From the NCBI RefSeq assembly GCF_009914755.1, contig NC_060936.1: a stretch of 64,000 nucleotides of DNA. One strand, given 5' to 3'. The notes under the pieces were generated by a model, which saw only the letters and a list, made by a program, of their open reading frames with translations, made no database searches and was not told the DNA's origin. Shown one piece after another: positions 14,355 through 31,494 of the stretch (the stretch's first letter is position 1; every line of letters begins with the position of its first letter). This DNA is from the human T2T-CHM13v2.0 reference genome, Homo sapiens. A program made the position numbers and the translations under genes.

Positions 14355-14764
14355 GTTGCAGGCTGAATTGTGTTCCCCAAAAATTCATGTGTTGAAGACT
14401 TAATTCACAGCACCTCATAATGTAACCATATTCACAATAAGATCTTTAAACAAGTGATTAAGTTAAAATTACACAATTGCAATTGGAGTAGGCCCTAATC
14501 CAATCTGATTGATGCTCTTACAAGAAAAGGAAATTTGGACACACAGAGAAACATCAGATGCATGCAAGCAGAGGAAAGACCAGGTGAGGATGCAGCGAAA
14601 TGCTGGCCATCTAGAAGCCAAGCAGAGAGGCCTCAGGAGAAACCAGCCCTGCCAACATCTCGATCTTGGACTTTCAGCCTCCAGAACTATAAGAAAATCC
14701 ATTCTGTTGTTTAAGCCATCTATTCTGTGGCATTTTGTTATGGCAGCTCTAAAAAACTAATACA
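14355..14764 (+). mobile_element. MLT1B/C-type MaLR LTR
   Basis: ggctgaattgtgttccccaaaaattcatg ... ggcagctctaaaaaactaataca. Confidence 0.85.
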
Positions 14765-15027
14765 GGGTATAAATGTTATTCTCCTACATATTTTTGAGAA
14801 AAGGATACTTCGTTTTTCAAAGTCCAAAGAGGGTGGCAATTTATTCAGCAAGCATTTGATGATTCCCTGATATGGAAGAGGATCACTTGAGATGGAAGTT
14901 GTCCTAGGGCTCCAAGTAACTTGATGTAGCACTGTGTGTCCTCAGGGAGCTCACAGTCCAGGGACTGACCCTGACAATTAAAGGAGGAATTGTAATTTGG
15001 GGTGATGGATGGTATAGTAGAGCCACA

Positions 15028-15420
15028 TGAGATATCGTTTGGACTGTGTCCCCACCCAAATCTCACGTTGAATTGTAATCCCCAATGTTGGAGGTGGGGC
15101 CTGGTGAGAGGTTATTGGATCATGGGGGTGATTTCTCATGGTTTAACACCATCCTCTTTGGTGCTGTTGAGTTCTTGTGAGATCCGGGTGTTTAAAAGTG
15201 GCACCTCCCCGCTCTCTCTCTCGCTCCTGCTCCAGCCACGTAAGACGTGCCTGCTTCCCCTTTGTCTTCCACCATGACTGTAAGTTTCCTGAGGCCTCCC
15301 AAGAAGCAGAAGCTGCTATGCTTTCTGTACAGCCTGCAGAACTATGAGCCCATGAAACCTCTTTTCTTTATAAATTACCCAGTCTCAGGTCTATATAGCA
15401 GTATAAGAACAGACTAATAC
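15028..15420 (+). mobile_element. MSTA-type MaLR LTR
   Basis: gtttggactgtgtccccacccaaatctc ... gaacagactaatac. Confidence 0.9.
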
Positions 15421-16446
15421 AACCCACAAGGTAAAGAATTGGCATAAAGGGGAGAGAGAACAACTCTGCCAGAGGGAGGAAAAGCCTTTTCCAGTGAGGA
15501 ACTGGTGAGCTGGGCATAAAGTGTGCAAGGAGTCTTCCAGGCAGGTACAAGTACAGAAAGCATTTTAGGCAGAGGGACAACATTTATAAAAGACTCTTCC
15601 CCTCCGGATGCTCACCATCTGTCCAGGGAGGTGGGTGGGTAAATGTTGTTGAGTGTACATACATTGGTGAAGGGATAAATACTCTGCTATGAGACTGAAG
15701 TCAGGAACATTTAACTGAGGCTGAGGAGACCAGGAAAGGTGCTACCTTAGCCAAGTTTTGAAGATTGTGTGAGTCACAGAAGGGCATTCCAGGCACAAGG
15801 GACAGCATGAAGGCTTGAGAAAGAATGTTGTATAAAGTAACTCAGAAGTGCAGGCATGTGGAACTCAAGACAGGATAAGAAGACTTGTATTGAGCAGGGT
15901 GCTACATGCTTTCATGCATTATCTCAGCTGATCCATTCTAACAACTCAATGGGGTAGTTTGTCATGGTTATTAATGCTGCCTAAATAGAAAAACCCTGAA
16001 ATTTCAGGGGCTTAATACAATAATGAAACTGAAAAATAACCCATTAAGTTCAATGAGGGTCAGGCAGTCTGCCTACCTCAACCAGCTATGCCATCCTGAA
16101 CATCTCCAAGGTGGTCACAGCAAGAAAAGAGAAAGATGATGGAAGGTCACAGGGCTCACATCAACTCCACTTCCAGTCAATTGGCCAGAAATAGCCACGT
16201 GACCCTGACTTAACTTCAGGAAAGGCTGAGAAATCTAGGGAAGTGTGTGGGTATTTGGTGACTAACTATTGCAGGTAGAAATCTTTATTATATTCTCATT
16301 CTGTCAGAAAAGTTAAGTTTTTTGCCCAAAGCCACACGACTAATGAGCAGTGTTGCCAAGAGTCTCATACAATTGACTCTTAAACCTACATCTGAGCCAC
16401 CATGGTGTATTGCCAGATCATACAGAGCTTTCTATTGTAAGACTGG

Positions 16447-16751
<305 letters not shown>

Positions 16752-17083
16752 GATTGGACATTACCCTATAGACAATGGGGAGCTAGCACAATCAGATTTT
16801 CCTTTTAGATAGACCACTTAGGCTGTGCTTTGAAGGATGGCTTTGAGAAAGCAAGGTTGGGTGCAAGAAAATCATTAGGGAGGCTATTGACATAGTTCAG
16901 ATGAGGGATGATGAAGGCTTCAAGCAGGACAATCGTAGGAGGAACAGAGAAGATGGACATATTGGAGAAGTTTTGGGGACATGGATAAAAGTAGCCAGAC
17001 TTATTGCTTTAGTATGAGATGAGGAAAGAGTATTCAAGAAAGATATCCTTGTATTTGTATCATGACCTAGACAGATGGTGTCA

Positions 17084-17363
17084 GGCCAGGCACGGCTGCT
17101 CACATCTGTAATCCCAGCACTTTGGGAGGCCGAGGCAGGAGGATCACTGGAGCCCAAGAGTTCAAAACCAATCTAGGAAACATGGCGAAACCCAGTCTCT
17201 ACAAAAAAAAAAATACAAAAATTAGCCAGGTGTGGTGGCATGCACCTATAGTCCCAGCTACTCAGGAGGCTGAAGTGAATCACTTGAGACCAGGAGGCGG
17301 AGGTTGCCGTGAACCAAGATTGCTCCACTCTGGCCTGGGTGACACAGCAAGACCCTGCCTCAA

Positions 17364-17399
<36 letters not shown>
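17084..17399 (+). mobile_element. Alu (AluJ-type)
   Basis: Full Alu; TSD agatggt(g/a)tca. Confidence 0.95.
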
Positions 17400-17861
17400 G
17401 ATGGTATCATTAATGAAAGAAAAATATAGAAGAAGGAGCAGAGAAAATGGTGAAGAAAACAATGATTTTAATTTTGGAAATGCTGTTTAAAAAACTTGGG
17501 AGACATCAAATGGCAATGCATACTCAACTGCTTATATAATCCCCAGCTTGGGAAAGAAGCTGGGGTAGGGAGTTACAAATATGTAGATGTTAGTTGAATA
17601 AAAGGAGAGTTGGAATCCTGTGGGAAACAATTATAAAAGTTCCCAAGAACAGATGGGAGAAAGTGACGGAAGCATCCAATGCAGATAGGCCAGCATAAAC
17701 AATATTACTTAGGTTTTGCCATTAGAAGTCATTGATGACCTCCATGGAAACAGCCTCAGTGGAGTGGGAAAGGGTGGGGCAGAGTGAAAACAAATGTAAA
17801 GTGCTACCACTCTTAATCCTCTAAATAAGGCAGTATTATGATCCCTACTTAATAATGAAGC

Positions 17862-18695
17862 TGTGATATTATAAAATATATTTAGCCTTTGTCCAGGTTT
17901 CCTGGCATGTAACTCCTTAAATCCTTGGACTCTCTGAAGTGGTAAGAGTGCTTTTTACATGCTAATGAGATGACTGGTGCCTGGCCATCCCTAGGTAGTT
18001 TCAGGATGGGGGCTGGCCACCAGAAAGACCAAATCATGATTAGAGGGTTGAGACTTTCAGCCTCACCCCCCAACCTGTAAGAGAGGGGAGAGGGACTGAA
18101 GGTTAAGTTGCTCACCAATAGCGAATGGTTTAATCAATTGTGTCTACATACTGAAGCCTCCATAAAAACCCAAAAAGACAGTTCAGATGAGCTTCCACAT
18201 AGCCAAGGCTCCTTCTCTGGTGGTGCACCCAGAGAAGGCGTGAAAGCTCTATTCTTCTTCCTTCCCCCACACATTGCCCTATCCATCTCTTCATCTGGTG
18301 CTCATCTGTATCCCTTGTAATATCCTTTATAATAAACCAGTAAAGATAAATGTGCACATCCCTCAGTTCTGTGAGCTGCTCTAGCAAATTAATCGAACCT
18401 GAGGAGGGGGTTGTGGAAACCCTGATTTATAGCTCTTTGATCAGAAGCACAGGTAAAACAACCTGGGGCTTGCAGTCAGCATCAGTGGTGGGAGCAGTCT
18501 TGTGGAGTGAGCCCTCAACCAGTGGGATCTGATGCTATCTCCAAGTAGATAGTGTCACAGTGAATTGATTTAGAGGACACCCAGCTAGTGTGCCCTGCAG
18601 AATTGATTGCTTGCTTAGTGTGTGGAGAAAAACCTACACATCATGATTGTTGAGTGAGAGTCTAAGTAAAACTGAGTTTGACCTGTTTCCCGATA
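17862..18695 (+). mobile_element. MER21-family LTR
   Basis: tgtgatattata..., ggggctggccaccagaaagacc, ctcagttctgtgagctgctctagcaaatta. Confidence 0.8.
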
Positions 18696-21017
18696 ACCTC
18701 AGAGCAGCTCAGAGTGGTGACTTACAATATCAAACAGTGGCAGAGAACCCAGACTCTGGAAGGCAGCCATCTGGACTGGGTTCCTTGGAATTAGACTCTG
18801 AGATGGATATTTGTACGCAGCTTTCCTTGGGAGCATTTTCAAAACCAATACCTGTAAGAAAATGAGAGAAGCAGGGTTGGGCAGAGGTGATGAAGGAGCT
18901 ACACAGGACGAATTTGATCTTGCAGAGAACCCTTGAGTTGGAAAGGGACTTCAAGTTGCCTCAAATATAGGCAAAGGGTTTTGACCAGGCCATTAGTCCA
19001 CACATTGACCAGATATTGGTTATGGGCTAACCCCAATAAAGGATCTAACTTTGGGCAAGGCAGCTCCCTTTGGTCAAGAACAATGTCCAGAGAGGGACAC
19101 ACCTGACAGCCACCAGGAGCCAGCTCTCCCAGAGGCTGAAGGAGTGAGCACTTCAGTTCTGAACAGGAAATCTGGGTGGCGCATGAGGCATCCATGACAC
19201 TGTCTGGTACCAAGGTCAGTTCAGCTACTTACTCGCTATGAGATCTTGGTTAGTTTCTTAATCCTTCTGTGCCTCAATTTCCTCAACCTTAAAGTGGGAA
19301 TAATAATGCACTTACCTCAAACAATTGTTATGAGAATTGGATGAGTTAAAACTGCTAGAAACACACCTGACACAGAGTCAAAACTTCATAAGAATAGAAG
19401 GTCGAAACCTCACGACAACCCAAGTCTTCTGATTTCCAGTCCTGTGCCATTTCTTCAAGTCATTCATTTCATCAAGGCTCCTCCATTCTCATTCTGTTTC
19501 CAGTGTATGTAGTACATGAGCATTGTGTGCTGCAATGTGCTACCCATAACTATGTTGCACCTTTACAAAAGTATGTATTAATTTCGTATGACCAAAACAA
19601 GGGTATTTAACAAAACAACCTGGAAATTTCAGTGGTTTGCAGCCATCTATTACTCACTCACTTACTGACTTGTAGGTTTGGCTAATCTGGGCTAGGCTTG
19701 GCTGGGCCTGACTCCTAACTCCATGGCTGGGCCCAGGCCTTTCCACGTCTCTTGTCTTTCTTAGATTAGCAGTACTCACAGCATATTCTGTTCATAGTGA
19801 AAGACAAGAGCTCAAGAGACCACACCTAAATATGCAAGCACATTCTAAGCTTCTGCTCACATCTGTGGTCATCCCATTGGCTAAGGCAATCCAGGTGGCT
19901 AAGCCCAAAGTCAAGCACGTGCACCAAGGAGAGAAGGTACCCATAGAGGTTGAGGCAAGGGAAGGACTGGAAATTTGCTGAAAAATAATCTTCCATACAG
20001 CCTGATGAACAAAGATTTTGTAATAGAAAAGAAGATACTCATGACCAGAATCTTAAGAAGAAAAAAAGCTGCAGGTGAAAGCCTTTACTAAATACTTATT
20101 ACTAGTATGTCTAGGCAGATCCTTCTAGCCTCTGTCTGACTCAGTCTCCTCATTTGCAAAACAGTTATAATGCTCCCCTTCTATTTAATTCATAGAAATG
20201 GGATATCATCATTCTCATCCACGCATCATACTTTTTTGTGGAATACTGCAGCAAGTCTTTGTAATAAGTTGGCATTCTCTGCCATCTAGCATGCTTATAA
20301 TTCTTTATTGAGCATTCCAGCATGGGACTGATCCCCCAGAACTGTCATAAAAAGGCATGAGAATTGCAGAATTACTTCAGTAGATAGGAGTGGCTAGAAT
20401 CTAATGTGCTATAGATTTTTTAAGCATTGGGTCTTCATCTCATAGACTTCTATCTACCCTGACAGCACTTGAGTATATATAAGCCCTCCATAAAATCTAG
20501 TTGAATTTTCTGTTTTCAAGGTCAGTTAAATAGAGGATGGTACCAACACTGCTGAGACACCAATCAGACAATGCGCTCTGCTAAAAGCCTAATGCAAGCC
20601 TCTTTGCCTGTGGTAGTTACTAAATACCCAGCTCAGCACTTTTGCTCCTTAATTCCAAAACCTTCTATTTGGGTACTACCTAGCAGCATCAAATTGTTTA
20701 AAATAAAATAAAAGAATGATGGCTCAGCAAACTGTAGCTTTTGGTCCAAAAATTTATATTTCTAATTCATTTAGTTACAGCAAGACAGATGCCAAACTTT
20801 TATGGCTTTTTAGTCTAATCAAATTTGTGTACACAAAGATGAAATCCTCCTCTCTCTACTTGCCAGGAATGAGGCATAATCTTTATTCTAATAAAAGCTT
20901 TATTGCTACAAGTATCACCTAGTTCTTTAAAGACCCTCTGAAATCATTTTGATCTCAGGAACACTTTTTCATACCTCTTCCAGATTGATCTTATAAAAGT
21001 ACCATAGGCAGATAAAT

Positions 21018-22053
21018 GAGGGTGGAGCCAAGATGGCCAAATAGGAACAGCTCCGATCTACAGCTCCCAGCGTGAGCGACGCAGAAGATGGGTGATTTCT
21101 GCATTTCCATCTGAGGTACCAGGTTCATCTCACTAGGGAGTGCCAGACAGTGGGTGCAGGACAGTGGGTGCAGTGCACCGTGCGTGAGCCGAAGCAGGAT
21201 GAGGCATTGCCTCACTCGGGAAGTTCAAGGGGTCAGGGAGTTCCCTTTCCTAGTCAAAGAAAGGGGTGACAGACTGCACCTGGAAAATCGGGTCACTCCC
21301 ACCCTAATACTGCGCTTTTCCAACGGGCTTAAAAAACGGCACACCAGGAGATTATATCCCGCACATGGCACAGAGGGTCCTACGCCCACGGAGTCTCCCT
21401 AATTGCTAGCATAGCAGTCTGAGATCAAACTGCAAAGCGGCAGCCAGGCTGGGGGAGGGGCGCCCGCCATTGCCCAGGCTTGCTTAGGTAAACAAAGCAG
21501 CCGGGAAGCTCGAACTGGGTGGAGCCCACCATAGCTCAAGGAGGCCTGCCTGCCTCTGTAGGCTCCACCTCTGGGGGCAGCGCACAGACAAACAAAAAGA
21601 CAGCAGTAACCTCTGCAGACTTAAATGTCCCTGTCTGACAGCTTTGAAGAGAGCAGTGGTTCTCCCAGCATGCAGCTGGAGATCTGAGAACGGGCAGACT
21701 GCCTCCTCAAGTGGGTCCCTGACCCCTGACCCCTAAGCAGCCTAACTGGGAGGCACCCCCCAGTAGGGGCAGACTGACACTTCACACGGCCGGGTACTCC
21801 TCTGAGACAAAACTTCCAGAGGAACGATCAGACAGCAGCATTTGCGGTTCACGAAAAACCACTGTTCTGCAAACACCGCTGCTGATACCCAGGCAAACAG
21901 GGTCTGGAGTGGACCTCTAGCAAACTCCAACAGACCTGCAGCTAAGGGTCCTGTCTCTTAGAAGGAAAACTAACAAACAGAAAGGACATCCACACCAAAA
22001 ACCCATCTGTATGTCACCATCATCAAAGACCAAAAGTAGATAAAACCACAAAG
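21018..22053 (+). promoter_or_regulatory. L1 5'UTR internal promoter (CpG-rich; sense and antisense promoter region)
   Basis: Complete L1PA 5'UTR; function inferred from the family. Confidence 0.8.
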
Positions 22054-23070
22054 ATGGGGAAAAAACAGAACAGAAAAACAGGAAACCCTAGAAAGCAGAG
22101 CACCTCTCTTCCTCCAAAGGAACACAGCTCCTCACCAGTAACAGAACAAAGCTGGACGGAGAATGACTTTGACGAGTTGAGAGAAGAAGGCTTCAGACGA
22201 TCAAACTACTCTGAGCTACAGGAGGAAATTCAAACCAATGGCAAAGAAGTTAAAAACTTTGAAAAAAAATTAGACGAATGGATAACTAGAATAACCAATG
22301 CAGAGAAGTCCTTAAAGGAGCTGATGGAGCTGAAAGCCAAGGTTCGAGAACTATGTGACGAATGCACAAGCCTCAGGAGCTGATGCGATCAACTGGAAGA
22401 AAGGGTATCAGTGATGGAAGACAAAATGAATGAAATGAAAGGAGAAGGGAAGTTTAGAGAAAAGAGAATAAAAAGAAATGAGCAAAGCCTCCAAGAAATA
22501 TGGGACTATGTGAAAAGACCAAATCTACGTCTCATTGGTGTACCTGAAAGTGATGGGGAGAATGGAACCAAGTTGGAAAACACTCTGCAGGATATTATGC
22601 AGGAGAACTTCCCCAATCTAGCAAGGCAGGCCAACATTCAGATTCAGGAAATACAGAGAACGCCACAAAGATACTCCTCGAGAAGAGCAACTCCCAGACA
22701 CATAATTGTCAGATTCACCAAAGTTGAAATGAAGGAAAAAATGTTAAGGGCAGCCAGAGAGAAAGGTCGGGTTACCCACAAAGGGAAGCCCATCAGACTA
22801 ACAGCAGATCTCTCGGCAGAAACTCTATAAGCCAGAAGAGAGTGGGGGCCAATATTCAACATTCTTAAAGAAAAGAATTTTCAACCCAGAATTTCATATC
22901 CAGCCAAACTAAGCTTCATAAGTGAAGGAGAAATAAAATACTTTACAGACAAGCAAATGCTGAGAGATTTTGTCACCACCAGGCCTGCCCTAAAAGAGCT
23001 CCTGAAGGAAGCACTAAACATGGAAAGGAACAACTGGTACCAGCCACTGCAAAAACATGCCAAAATGTAA
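22054..23070 (+). pseudogene. L1 ORF1p, disrupted
   Basis: MGKKQNRKTG...; premature stops at 22381 (TGA) and 22828 (TAA). Confidence 0.95.
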
Positions 23071-23118
23071 AGACCATCAAGGCTAGGAAGAAACTGCATC
23101 AACTAACGAGCAAAATGA

Positions 23119-26961
<3,843 letters not shown>

Positions 26962-27264
26962 ACAATGAGAACACATGGACACAGGAAGGGGAACATCACA
27001 ATCCGGGGACTGTTGTGGGGTGGGGGGAGGGGGAGGGATAGCATTAGGAGATATACCTAATGCTAAATGATGAGTTAATGGGTGCAGCACACCAACATGG
27101 CACGTGTATACATATGTAACAAACCTGCACATTGTGCACATGTACCTGAAAACTTAAAGTATGATAATAATAAAATTTAAAAATAATAATAATAAAACAA
27201 ATGCAGATAAATACAAAAAAAAAGTACCACAGGACTTCTAGAAAAAAAAAAAAAAAGAAAATCT

Positions 27265-27761
27265 TAGTGGTTTGGTGACTATTTGCTAAGGCTGCTAGAA
27301 TTAAGTACCACAAACTGAGGACTTAAATCACAGAAATGTATTATCTCACAGTTCTGGGGGCTGAAAGTCCAAGGTCAAAGTGTCAGCAGGGCTGTTCCCT
27401 CTGAGCGCTGTGAGAGAGAATCTGTTCCATGCTTCTCTCCTTCTCTAGTACTCTCCTGGCACTTTTGGCATTCCTCAGCTTGTAAATTATCACCCCAACT
27501 CTGCTTTTATGTTTACATGGCATTCTCCCTGTGTGTGTATCTGTCCTCAGATATACCCTTTACATAAGGACACCAGTCCTATTGGATTAGAACCCACCCC
27601 CAATAACCCCATTTTAACTTGATCATCTCTGTGAAGACCCTATTTCCAAACAAGGTCACATTCTAAGGTAGGGTTTACCTTACCTTACCTTAGGGCTTAT
27701 TGGGGGTTAGGGCTTCAACATATTAATTGGGGGGCAGGGGGAATACAATTCAACCCATAAC
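27265..27761 (-). mobile_element. MLT1B/C-type MaLR LTR
   Basis: aaggctgctagaattaagtaccacaaactg ... acaattcaacccataaca. Confidence 0.85.
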
Positions 27762-27769
27762 ACATTGAC

Positions 27770-29180
27770 CTTGTGTTACGCAAAGATTTCTCCCAAACTA
27801 TAAAAAGCACAAACTACAAAAGAAGAAAATTGTTAAACTGGTCATCATCAAAATTAAACACTACTACTATTTGAAAAACACTCTTAAGAAAATGAAAAGT
27901 TTTCCAGTCAGAAATGACAACCACAGATGGAATTAATCATACAGATAAATGACTGTATCAGGATTTCATTTGCTTGTTAGTCCACAGAGTTGCCCAGAAT
28001 CCTACATTTATTCATAAGAGAAAATATTGATTAATTATTGGTCATTCCTCATAAGTGTAGCTGTTGATGTGTGCATCTGATTATTACTTTTTTAATTTTA
28101 TGAAAATTGTGTAAAATTACATTTTTTTCCAGGGGAGAAAAAAACATCAAACAAAAAGAGAAACATCTAAATCATCCTTTCTGTTCTTTTTCAGTTTTTA
28201 ACCTCTTTTAGGTTTTCCCCTTGCAGAAACTACAGAAATATTCCCTTAGAATAAAATTGTATATTTGTAAAAAAAAAAAAAATGAAAAGACAAATCAGTT
28301 AGACTAGGTAAAAATATTTCCAAACACAAAAAAAGAGCTTGTATCTTGAATATATATTTAAAACTCTTACCCAATAATAACGACTCAATAATAAAAATAC
28401 AACTCATATTAAGACAAACAACCTAGTGAAAAATGAGCAAAAGATCTGGACACCTCATCAGAGACGATATACAAATGGCCAGCAAGCATGTGAAAAGATG
28501 CTCAAAATCATTACTCATCAGGAAAATGCAAACTGAAACTGCAAGGTACCTCTACATACCAATACAATACAAAATCAAAATGATCGACAACACCAAGTGT
28601 TGGCAAGGATACGGAGCAACTAGACCCTCATACAGTCACGTTGGAAAACAGTATGGAAGTTTCTAGTAAAAGTAATAATGCATCTACCATACAACACACC
28701 AATCCAAATCCTAGGTGTTTACACAAAAGAAACAAATACCTATGTTTACACAGAGGCCTCTACATGAACGTTCATAGCAGCTATATTGAGTAGTCAAAAA
28801 TAGGAAACAACCCAAATACCCAACTGGAGAACAGATAACCAAATAATGCTATATATGTACAATGGAATATTCCTCAGCAATAAAAAGAATGAATTACTAA
28901 CACATGTATGCAAAAATATACATATTCCACATTCCATCTATATAGCATTCTAGAAAAGACAGTGCTATAAGCATAGAAAACAGACTAGTGGTTGGCAGGC
29001 AGTGGTGGTAATGGATGGGAATGACTGAAAAGGAGTATACAGGAACTCTTGGGGGTGATGGACATTTCTGTATCTTGAGAGTAATGATGGTTAGATGACG
29101 ATACATTTGCCAGAACTCATTGAACTATACGCTTAAAAAGGAGAATTCATTTTAAGTAAATTATTCTGCAATATTTTTAA
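27770..29180 (+). mobile_element. Old L1M (L1MC/ME-like) 3' fragment hosting a retrocopy
   Basis: ORF2 C-terminal-like text is continuous across the insert at 27900-28282. Confidence 0.75.
27900..28282 (+). pseudogene. 5'-truncated processed retrocopy (3'-UTR-like fragment, parent unidentified)
   Basis: AATAAA 28250-28255, poly(A) 28269-28282, TSD aaaatgaaaag, TT|AAGA L1-endonuclease-like site. Confidence 0.8.
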
Positions 29181-29422
29181 AGTGCTACAGTATCCTTCAC
29201 TCTCTGCAGCATCTACAAGGGTTTCTGGAGTAGCCCAGCCTCACGTGCTAAGCACTGTGAAAATTCCCCAGCACGAAGTCTTTAAGGGCAGGGCTGTAGT
29301 TTACTCCTTTCAGCTCATTCCTAGAACCAGCTTCCCAATAGGAACATAATACATACTTGCTGGCTTTATTATTCTGCATCCAATCATTCTATGGGATAAG
29401 ATAAAAATGACAAACATACAGG

Positions 29423-29575
29423 TAAGTTTTCCCAACCCTTTTCCCTGTCTTTGTGGGGTATTGGGCAGAACTGCCCTGCATAGGAACTCCACATGGGATG
29501 GTGACAAATTGGTCAATTTGATCCTCTTTCTTAATAATAAATATGGATTTATTATTATAAGTTTTCCCAACCCTT
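29423..29575 (+). repeat. Insertion carrying an inverted copy of 31503-31607 between 18-bp direct repeats
   Basis: taagttttcccaaccctt at 29423-29440 and 29558-29575; 29446-29550 matches revcomp(31503-31607) at 101/105. Confidence 0.95.
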
Positions 29576-30248
29576 AACCCTGATAAATCAGGTTCTGATT
29601 CTGAAAACTGTTTAGTTCCTTCCCCTCTTCTCCTTCTGAACAAGATTAAGGTTCTTGGGAGGCAGAATGAGGAAAAGGCACTGAGGAATGAATGACCTAT
29701 TCTTGTGAAACTGGCAGTGAGGGTAAAGAGGGGCTTCTCTTCCCAGCAGGCATTGAGTGAAGAAGGATCCTACACCTGCAGACTATGGAGAGCCCAGGGC
29801 AGAGCTGGGAGAAGTCGGTTAGAGCTGGATGAGGAGTGGGCTGGAGAGAGACCGGGTGTGGGCCAAGGAGAGTGAGAGAGGGTCCTTCTGTGGAAGGAGA
29901 GTGACAGGCCTCAGGGTTGCCAGATGCTACAGAATATGAGAAAAAGGAGATCTTAGTAAAACTTGTCTTCAAGTTCTACATTTGATTTGTATATGATCTG
30001 AATTCCTGTTTGTACTATTCTTTGAATATGGCCCCACTGCTGAATGAACCATAAAAGTCTTGACTTCAAGATGATCATAAGTGCAACAAACACATATTAA
30101 ACACTTTCTTGGGCTCCTACATTTTACTGGCCACACAGGGGAGACAAAAATATATAAAAGACAATACTAGAGACACTTGATTAGGTAAGAGATGAAACAT
30201 AATCAATAACATTTGTAAAGTCATTAACTACTTTCAAAATCTTAGTAT

Positions 30249-30662
30249 GTGTATTAGTCCATTCTTGCTTTGCTATAAAGAAATACCTGAGACTGGGTAA
30301 TTTACAAAGAAAAGAGATTTAATTGGCTCACAGTTCTGCAGGCTGCATAGGAAGCAAGGTGCCAGCATCTGCTCAGTTTCTGGGAGGCCTCAGGGAGCTT
30401 TTACCTGTGGCAGAAGACAATGCAGGAGCAGACACATCACATAGCAAGAGGGGGAGCAAGGGAGAGAGAGGGGGGGTGAGGGGTGCCATACACTTTTACA
30501 TGACCAGATCTCACAAAAACTCACTCACTATCACAAGGATAGCACCAAGCCATGAGGCATCTGCCCCCATGACCCAAACACCTCCCACCAGGCCCTGGCT
30601 CCAGCATTGGGGATTACATTTCAACATGAGATTTGGGTGGGGACAAATATCCAGATTATATT
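30249..30662 (-). mobile_element. MSTB-type MaLR LTR
   Basis: tgtattagtccattcttgctttgctataaag ... ggggacaaatatccagattata. Confidence 0.9.
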
Positions 30663-31047
30663 GGTGTACTTGATACATTATGATTTTATTGAACCCTCTT
30701 AGGAACTCTAAAGTAGACAGGACAGGCCAATTCATTTTTATCTAAACTAAATGATCTGACAGTGGCTGACATTCAGCTCAGCAGCAAGAGTCAATCTGAA
30801 TCTAAGTCTTGAGAACTCCAAAGTCTGTTTTCTTTGTTCGCTCTGCAATTTCTTCTCTCTGGCATGAAAAGAAACATATAACACAAGACAGAGACCCAGA
30901 AGTCGAGGCCCAGTGTCTGATGTATAAAATGGCTTTTCAGGATTACAAGAGACATGCCCAGTTACTTTCAGTGCAAGGATATCTCACAAAAATTCAAGAG
31001 CATATTAAGTCTCAAGTCATCCATCTCCCTTCTGGCTAGACAGTCAC

Positions 31048-31398
31048 TGATATGGTCTGACTGTGTCCCCACCAATATAAATTTGAATTGTACCGCCCAG
31101 AACTCCCACATGTTGTGGGAGGGACCCAGGGGGAGGTAATTAAATCATGGGGGCTGGCCTTTCTCGTGCTATTCTCATGATAGTGAATAAGTCTGACGAG
31201 ATCTGATGGGTTTATCAGGGGTTTCCGCTTTTGCTTCTCTCTCATTTTCTCTTGCAGTCACCAGGTAGGAATGGCCTTTCGCCTCCCACCATGATTCTAA
31301 GGCCTCCCCAGCCAGGTGGAACTGTAAGTCCAATTAAATCTCTTTTCTTCCCAGTCTTGGGTATATCTTTATCAGCAGCATGAAAATGGACTAATACA
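31048..31398 (+). mobile_element. THE1-type MaLR solo LTR
   Basis: tgatatggtctgactgtgtccccacc ... aatggactaataca; TSD gtcac. Confidence 0.95.
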
Positions 31399-31494
31399 GT
31401 CACTCTTGGTCTCAAAGATTTGGCTACACCTCAGAGCTCATGGAACACTGCACATATCTCAGAAAATATTGGAGTGTAACTTCCATTTATGTGT

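Noticed and set aside
21255-21470. L1 ORF0 on the antisense strand
   Set aside because: The frame starts MAGAPPPAWLPL.. at 21470 but hits TAG at codon 24.
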